A DNA stretch of 64,000 nucleotides from the human T2T-CHM13v2.0 reference genome, Homo sapiens. The stretch lies in assembly GCF_009914755.1 (NCBI RefSeq), contig NC_060941.1. One strand, given 5' to 3'. A program made the position numbers and the translations under genes. Below the pieces are notes generated by a model. It was not told the origin of the DNA, did not search any database, and was given only the letters and a program-made list of their open reading frames with translations. Below, one piece after another: positions 58,146-64,000 of this stretch; position 1 is the stretch's first letter, and each line of letters opens with the position of its first letter.

Positions 58146-58409
58146 ATGAAACTGTCCGTCCTACCCCCTCGCTCCCTCCTCGCCCCCTACACCGTGTTGT
58201 GCTGCCCACCAGACTCGGAGAAGCCGCGGCTGTCCCCGGAACCCTCCGAGCGGCGCCCTCAGGCCCCCGCCAAAAAGCTCCGCAAGCCGAGGACCATCTA
58301 CTCCAGCCTGCAGCTGCAGCACCTAAACCAGCGTTTCCAGCACACGCAGTACCTGGCGCTGCCCGAGAGGGCCCAGCTGGCAGCGCAGCTCGGCCTCACC
58401 CAGACCCAG
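58146..58409 (+). CDS. DLX4: DLX4 alternative first coding exon (short isoform, DLX7/isoform b; [22 protein letters not shown] then shared exon 2)
   Basis: ATG at 58146 is in frame with exon 2. 22 unique + 146 shared residues = 168 aa, matching the short DLX4 isoform as I recall it. Lies in an intronic CpG island. Confidence 0.85.
58213..58409 (+). CDS. DLX4: DLX4 coding exon 2 (DSEKPRL...[43 protein letters not shown]; homeodomain helices 1-2)
   Basis: Acceptor CCACCAG|ACTCG at 58212/58213 and donor CAG|GTGGGG at 58409/58410. 283+197=480 nt keeps frame. Distal-less homeodomain signature. Confidence 0.97.
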
Positions 58410-58840
58410 GTGGGGCCAGTGTCGTCCTTCCCCATCTCTCACCTTCCCTGGTTCTCTGGGAACTCATCCCCCAGCCCCAGCTGTGAATGACTGATGGATT
58501 GGTGCTGTGGCCCTGTTGTCACAGTTCTCCAGGGAATGTTCATAGCTGGCTCTTAGTAAGCCTTGGGGGGAATGTGTTGAAAGGTGTGCATGTATGTGCG
58601 GGTGGGGTGGAGTGGGTCAGGAAGAGGAGGGTAGGTCAGACAGGGAGACATGGATACTAGCTCAGAGGCAGGAACTCAGAAGGCTCCTGGGGCTGTGGGG
58701 GACTGAAGCAAATGTTCCCAGCCTAGGGAACTGCTGGTCTCCCAGGACTGTGCCTGCACCTGGATCCCTTTCCCTTCCTCGAAACTTTTCACACATATCT
58801 TCCTCCTGATCTTTCATTCTTTCCCCTTTTCTTCCCGAAG

Positions 58841-59083
58841 GTAAAGATCTGGTTTCAGAACAAACGCTCCAAGTATAAGAAGCTCCTGAAGCAGAATTCT
58901 GGGGGGCAGGAAGGGGACTTCCCTGGGAGGACCTTCTCTGTGTCTCCCTGCTCCCCACCCCTCCCCTCCCTCTGGGATCTACCCAAGGCAGGGACCCTGC
59001 CCACCAGTGGCTATGGCAACAGCTTTGGAGCCTGGTATCAGCATCACTCCTCAGATGTCCTGGCTTCGCCTCAGATGATGTGA
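58841..59083 (+). CDS. DLX4: DLX4 coding exon 3 (VKIWFQNKRSKYKK...LASPQMM*)
   Basis: Polypyrimidine tract then GAAG|GTAAAGATCTGGTTTCAG. Encodes recognition helix VKIWFQNKRSK. TGA at 59081-59083. Spliced total 240 aa. Confidence 0.97.
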   Translation, partial: VKIWFQNKRSKYKKLLKQNSGGQEGDFPGRTFSVSPCSPPLPSLWDLPKAGTLPTSGYGNSFGAWYQHHSSDVLASPQMM

Positions 59084-60100
59084 ATCTGGGGAAGGGCGGG
59101 TCAGGCCCACAGCCTTCCTGCAAAGCCCAGGACCCAGGCAGTCCACCTGCACCCCTTCTGGGCTGGGAGGAAACCAGCTCCAGATGGGTTTTCTCTGGAG
59201 GACAAGCAGTTAGAGGAGAAAAAGGAATGGAGCAGAGCCTGTACCCCTAACCCTAACAGCTAAATCAAGGACCTCAGCCTTATATAATCATTGTCCCCAC
59301 CACTACCATGGACTGGACACCTTCACTCCAGCTGGACAAAGACTCTGGAGAGAGAGCCATTGGCTGGAGTTGAGACTGTCCCCAGAACCCTTGGTCTTGC
59401 CACTCCCCCACTCCTTCTTCCCTCTCTCCCTTTCTCCTCTCCCTGCTTTCTTGAAAAGGACTGAATCGCCACTACAGCCTGGGTGCAAAATCAGCAAGAA
59501 ACATTGAGTATTTTTTTTTCTTTGTATGCCTTTGGCCTTGCACAACCCATTTGTGAGCAAAAGCAGAAGTGGACCACCATCAGCTCCCACCCACCCAGCG
59601 ATTTTTCCTTGGAGGTCAGCCCGTTACCCCCATAACTGATTTACCTACTTACCATACTGGGAGGTAGAAGAGATGCAGAGAAATGTGGAATTTGTGGACC
59701 TATGGGTAATTTATGCTTTCCTCCTAAAAAAAAAAAAAAAAGCCCTCTTTCCCACCCCCTCCCCATCTCCCCTTTTTGAATAGATAATGGATCCAATTAT
59801 CCATATAATTCAATAGGTATTTATTGAGAGGCTCCCTTCTATTCCCCATCCCTAATCCCTAACGAACCCACGGGCACACACTTTTGGAAACCTGGTAAAG
59901 TAACACTTAGGGGGAAATGGGGACAAACTGGCTCTCTGGATTAGTGCGGGTATAGACACCCCCAAATAGGTGGGTAGGCCCATTGATTCAGCTCCTTGCA
60001 GCTGTCTCTGTTCAAAGGAACTGTGCAGATTTAGAACGAATTGGAGCTTGAGCTTCACACCACCAGCTTCCAGAGATTAAAGTTTGTACAAAACATTGCA
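59084..60100 (+). other. DLX4: DLX4 3' UTR (end approximate)
   Basis: Follows the stop codon. ATTAAA at 60076-60081 with GT/T-rich sequence downstream (60105-60130). Confidence 0.75.
60076..60081 (+). terminator. Likely DLX4 polyadenylation signal (ATTAAA)
   Basis: ATTAAA followed about 25-45 nt later by a TG/T-rich downstream element. Confidence 0.7.
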
Positions 60101-61939
60101 TTCTGGCTGTGAGATGTGTTTGTTTCCTGACTTCTTATGGGTAGCGGCTGGTCATGCATCTCTTCTGGCCCATCTGACTTTTCTACCATGGAATTACAGG
60201 TATCAGAGGCACTGGATTCTAGATTTGTCTTGGCCACTAACTAGCTCTGTGATTCTGGCTCTGGAATGTTCTAACAACGTCCACAGTTTCATATGCTCCC
60301 ATGTGAACCCAGGAGATGCTCATGCAGGGTCTGAGTGCTCCTTCCCAGGAGATGCTCTCCTGGCCCAGTTCAGGAGGGAGCCAGGCACCTTACCAGCCCC
60401 CAGGCCCCACCTTTAGCCCAGGGAGAGGCCCTGTTCACCTTGAGAGAGGGCACACCCACGGATCCGGTCCAGTCCTACCTGGAGAAGTGTGCTGCTTGGG
60501 GGCAGGATGGCCTCAGCTCACCTTGGGGAAGGAGGAGGGGCAGGTCTGAGAAGGAAAACACCAAAAAGAACTGGAATTCTCTTCCATCCAACAAACATTT
60601 GGAGACCCTGTGCTCTGCTAGATCCTAGGGATACCATGGTGACTGAAGCAAACAAATGACCAGACGCTGGTGTGGTGAGTTCCAGGCAAAGGAAAACACA
60701 GATGGTGGCGTGGGTATTGTCAAGGGCCTCCAATCCAGCCTGGGCCAGAGGGGTCAGTGCTGGGCGAGAAGGGCGGGCGGCCTGGGGAGCAGCAGGACCT
60801 GACAGACTCCTGGCCACCACACCTCACTGGACTACATAGCACCACCCCTGCTCCCACCAGGATCAGCAGGATAAGGAACGCCTTGGGAGAGGAGCTGAGG
60901 ACAAGGGTGGCAGAATAATTCAGCGAATCCAGCCCAGCATGGCCTGAGGGGCTGGGGGAGGGGCCTCCAAATCCAGGCAAAAAGCTTCCAAGTTGAGCTT
61001 CCCTCTGACTGCCTAGACCTGTTCCCAGACACTGCAAACTCGGTGCCTGTCCCAGTCTGAAAAGCCCACTCAGACACTTCCAGCCAACCGCTGCAGGCCA
61101 GAGAGAAGCCCAAATTGGAGTCATGTGTAGGGCAGAGGGGTATGAAATCCCCCAGCTCCTGACGCCTACAGTCAGTTCCTCCTCAGCCCCTGTTCCTCAC
61201 CCTGTGTTGGGTCAGTGACCACCCCTATTCCACAAAACACTCCCAGAGAATTCTCTTGGGGATGGCACATGGCATGGGTAGACCAAAGCCAAGATCCAGG
61301 AGTGGTGAGGAATGGGAGTGCCAGGAGGATAAATATCTTCCTCTTCCTACAATGCCTTCCCCTGCTCCAAGCCCCAGGCTCCACTGGCTCTCTGTCACCC
61401 CAGGCCCAGTTCTCTCCTCTTGGTCTCCTCTGAGGCCACAGGCCCTCCAGGCAGCTGTTCCCGCCCACTGCAGGTTGCACACTCCTCTTTCTACAGACCC
61501 AAGATAAGATCTACCGCCCCATCTAGGAAAGCCTCCAAAGGCGAGATTAATTGGACAGCCCAACACAAGTCACATTGTTAAAACAACAGCCCAGGTTGTA
61601 AAGTTAAGTAGCACAAGGAGTGTAATTACTCTCTCAGCTAGAGGCCCTGAGCTGACAGCATCCACCCCCCTCTGGCCCCCTCTCCTTCTATCCATCCTTT
61701 TCAGGGGAAATGGGAACCTCTTTTCCATTTGGGAGCTGGCCCAGTTTCCCTGAGCTCCTGGGCAGTGATGGGCCTGGAGCTCCCGGGCAGTGATGGGCCT
61801 GGAGCTCCCAGTGGAGGAGGTGCCCGGTTCCCTTCCCTCAGGCCATCAGGGCTGTAGAAGGAGAACCCCATGGTTCCTTTCCCTGAGGAAGCCCCACTGG
61901 GAAAATTGGGTCAGTAAGGGAGGGGGACCAAGACTGGGT

Positions 61940-62200
61940 GGTGAAGAACAGGGGCTTTAAGCTATAAAGAGTCCCGGCTCTGTCATCTTCTAGCAGTGTG
62001 ACTTTTGGTGAGTTACTTAACCTCTCTCTGAGCCTTGCTTTTTCCCATCCCCCACCCCCACCCAAGATGAGAATACTAATAGGACTTGCTTTGCAGAGTG
62101 ATTGTGATGACAAAATGAGATAGTGCTTGTAACACGCTTGACATGGTGCCTGGAACATAGTAAGCACTTAATAAACGGCATTTACGACTGCTGTTATTAT
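61940..62200 (+). mobile_element. MIR
   Basis: GTGTGACTTTTGGTGAGTTACTTAACCTCTCT...GTGCCTGGAACATAGTAAGCACTTAATAAA. Confidence 0.8.
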
Positions 62201-63878
62201 CAGGGGAAGAAGAGGAGGGGTTACAGTGAGGGGGAATTCTTACTGCCATCCATTCACCTTCTGCCCCTGGGAGAACTGCCTCCTAAGGAGGCAGACGAGG
62301 AATGAGGCTGGAGAACTCAAAACATCCCTGGTCACCACCATCCGAGAGCTGGATACAGGCAAGGTCCCAAATGCAGAAGACGCAGCACAGTGCATCTGAA
62401 GTCAGCTGAAACTGGAAGACGGGAAAGTGTGTTCAGAGAACGTCCAGGGCACTACAAGGGTCTCAGCTACAGGGAAGCTGACTTGGGCTTCCCCACCTTT
62501 CTGGGTCACTCAACCTTCCCTCTCCCCGTATACTATTTTAGGTCATGCCTCCATGTTTTCCCCCAACAAAATGAGATTTAATTAATTCAATTAAAGCAAT
62601 TTTGGGAGCAGCTCCTGAAGGCTTTCAATGTGAGATAATTACAAGTAATTTGCTGCCGTGAAGAGGAAAAGGGCACATGGGGTCTGAGGGGAAGGGAGGT
62701 AGCCCCCTCCTCACCAAATACACACAGATCTTGAGGGATTCCACACTGCAATCTTAACTGCCCTCCCACTGGCCAAATTACTTGCAGGTGGGAAGAGGGA
62801 GAATGTGGTGGTGATGGTTGAGGGGGAAGACACCCAGTGACAGGCTGCCCCTCCTCCACCCCCAAATCTGAGGTGGGGGTGGGGAGCTGGTTGTTCCCCG
62901 ACAAAATGTCTGCAATGCCATAGCAGCTGATTACTCAGCTCCAAACCTCATTTGAGTTTGGATGCCTGGACTTGCCTCTGGGATTGTATCCAGAGAGTCA
63001 ATGGAATGTTATCCCAGTAGCTGAGGCCTGTGTAGACGGGGGCTTTGGAGATCAAGGACCTCCCCAGAATTTATAAGGGATATGGGTAGAGAAAGGAAAA
63101 GTCTTTAGAAGGTGGACAGTGATTTCCTGCTTCCACCAAGGAGCTGACGGGACACTCATTTCTCTCCTCCCTGCTCGAAGTCTGTCTAGTTTCTGCCTGG
63201 TGTCTAATCTCAATTCCTCCCATTATAGTGATGGCAAAGCTCCTCTCAGTTGAATGCACAGAGGCTTCTTCCTTCCAAAAGGCATCCTACAGGTGTTTCC
63301 CCTCCCCTCTGCCCCTGGGATAACCCTTTCCTTCCCAGGCCTCATTTGGCCAGGAGGAGGCAGGAGGGGGACATGATGGAGCTGAGAGGTAGATGCTGGG
63401 AGGCAGGGGTTTAAAACAAGGTGTGGGGATGGACTTCAGGGCTCTGCAAAGACCCTCTCAAGCCCGCCCATGAAGGAGCTGGCTTTCAAGAGCCTAGGGT
63501 TCCCCTTGACCTGGGAGCCCCGTTCCAGGAGGTGAGTAATGTTTTAACAATGATGGTTGAAAAGAAAAAGTCACCGACCCCATAGTGTTTCTCTTTCATA
63601 TCTCCCCCTCTCATTTCAAGGTGGGGTAAAGAGGAAGAGTTCCGTCAGCTCTTGTTTCTCCTCACCTCACCCCACCCCACCTCGTGCCCCTGCCCCTACT
63701 CTGAGCAGCATGGCTGTTGGACCTGGGGAGCCAGGAGAAATTCTATCAGTGAGTCCTTGGGTGACTGCTCTCTCTCCTTCCAAGATGAAAACACTTCGAG
63801 AGAGACAAGCGGCCTCCTCACCACGCCTCCACTTCCCCATTTCCTGGCCTGTGCAGATTGCTTAAAAAGGGGGAATAG

Positions 63879-64000
63879 GGCTGGGCGCGGTGGCTCATGC
63901 CTGTAATCCCAGCGCTCTGGGAGGCCGAGGTGGGCGGATCATGAGGTCAAGAGCTGGAGACCGTCCTGGCCAACATGGTGAAACCCTGTCTCTGCAAAAA
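63879..64000 (+). mobile_element. Alu, cut by the window edge
   Basis: GGCTGGGCGCGGTGGCTCATGCCTGTAATCCC. Confidence 0.93.

Larger units (their letters stand above)
56560..58430. promoter_or_regulatory. Intronic CpG island and probable internal promoter of the short DLX4 isoform
   Basis: High CpG density running up to the isoform-b ATG. Octamer ATGCAAAT at 58132-58139. Confidence 0.7.

Overview
Mammalian (human-like: Alu-rich, GC-rich isochore) genomic window containing the complete DLX4 homeobox gene on the + strand at about 54.3-60.1 kb. DLX4 has three coding exons (240-aa isoform, BP1/isoform a) plus an internal-start 168-aa isoform (DLX7/isoform b). From memory this is the DLX3-DLX4 bigene cluster at 17q21.33, with the convergent DLX3 lying beyond the right edge. 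The ~54 kb upstream contains no credible protein-coding gene. It holds a processed MRTO4 pseudogene (24.3-25.2 kb), a 5'-truncated U6 snRNA retrocopy (51.2 kb), about 30 Alu elements, many MIR/L2/L1/CR1 remnants, a probable hAT DNA-transposon remnant, a 42-bp VNTR and CpG islands. Nearly all other ORFs in the supplied track are GC- or Alu-derived noise. I found no evidence of a wholly new gene system. The most interesting observations are: an out-of-frame uORF whose stop overlaps the DLX4 start (ATGA); a textbook BMP/Smad composite element next to GATA and homeodomain sites at 17.5 kb; two triple-octamer clusters; homeodomain-dense candidate enhancers 3' of DLX4; a 47/48-identical inverted 48-bp duplication; an unexplained ~96-bp dispersed duplication; and a serial Alu insertion hotspot. 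Repeat subfamily names and boundaries were assigned by eye and are approximate.
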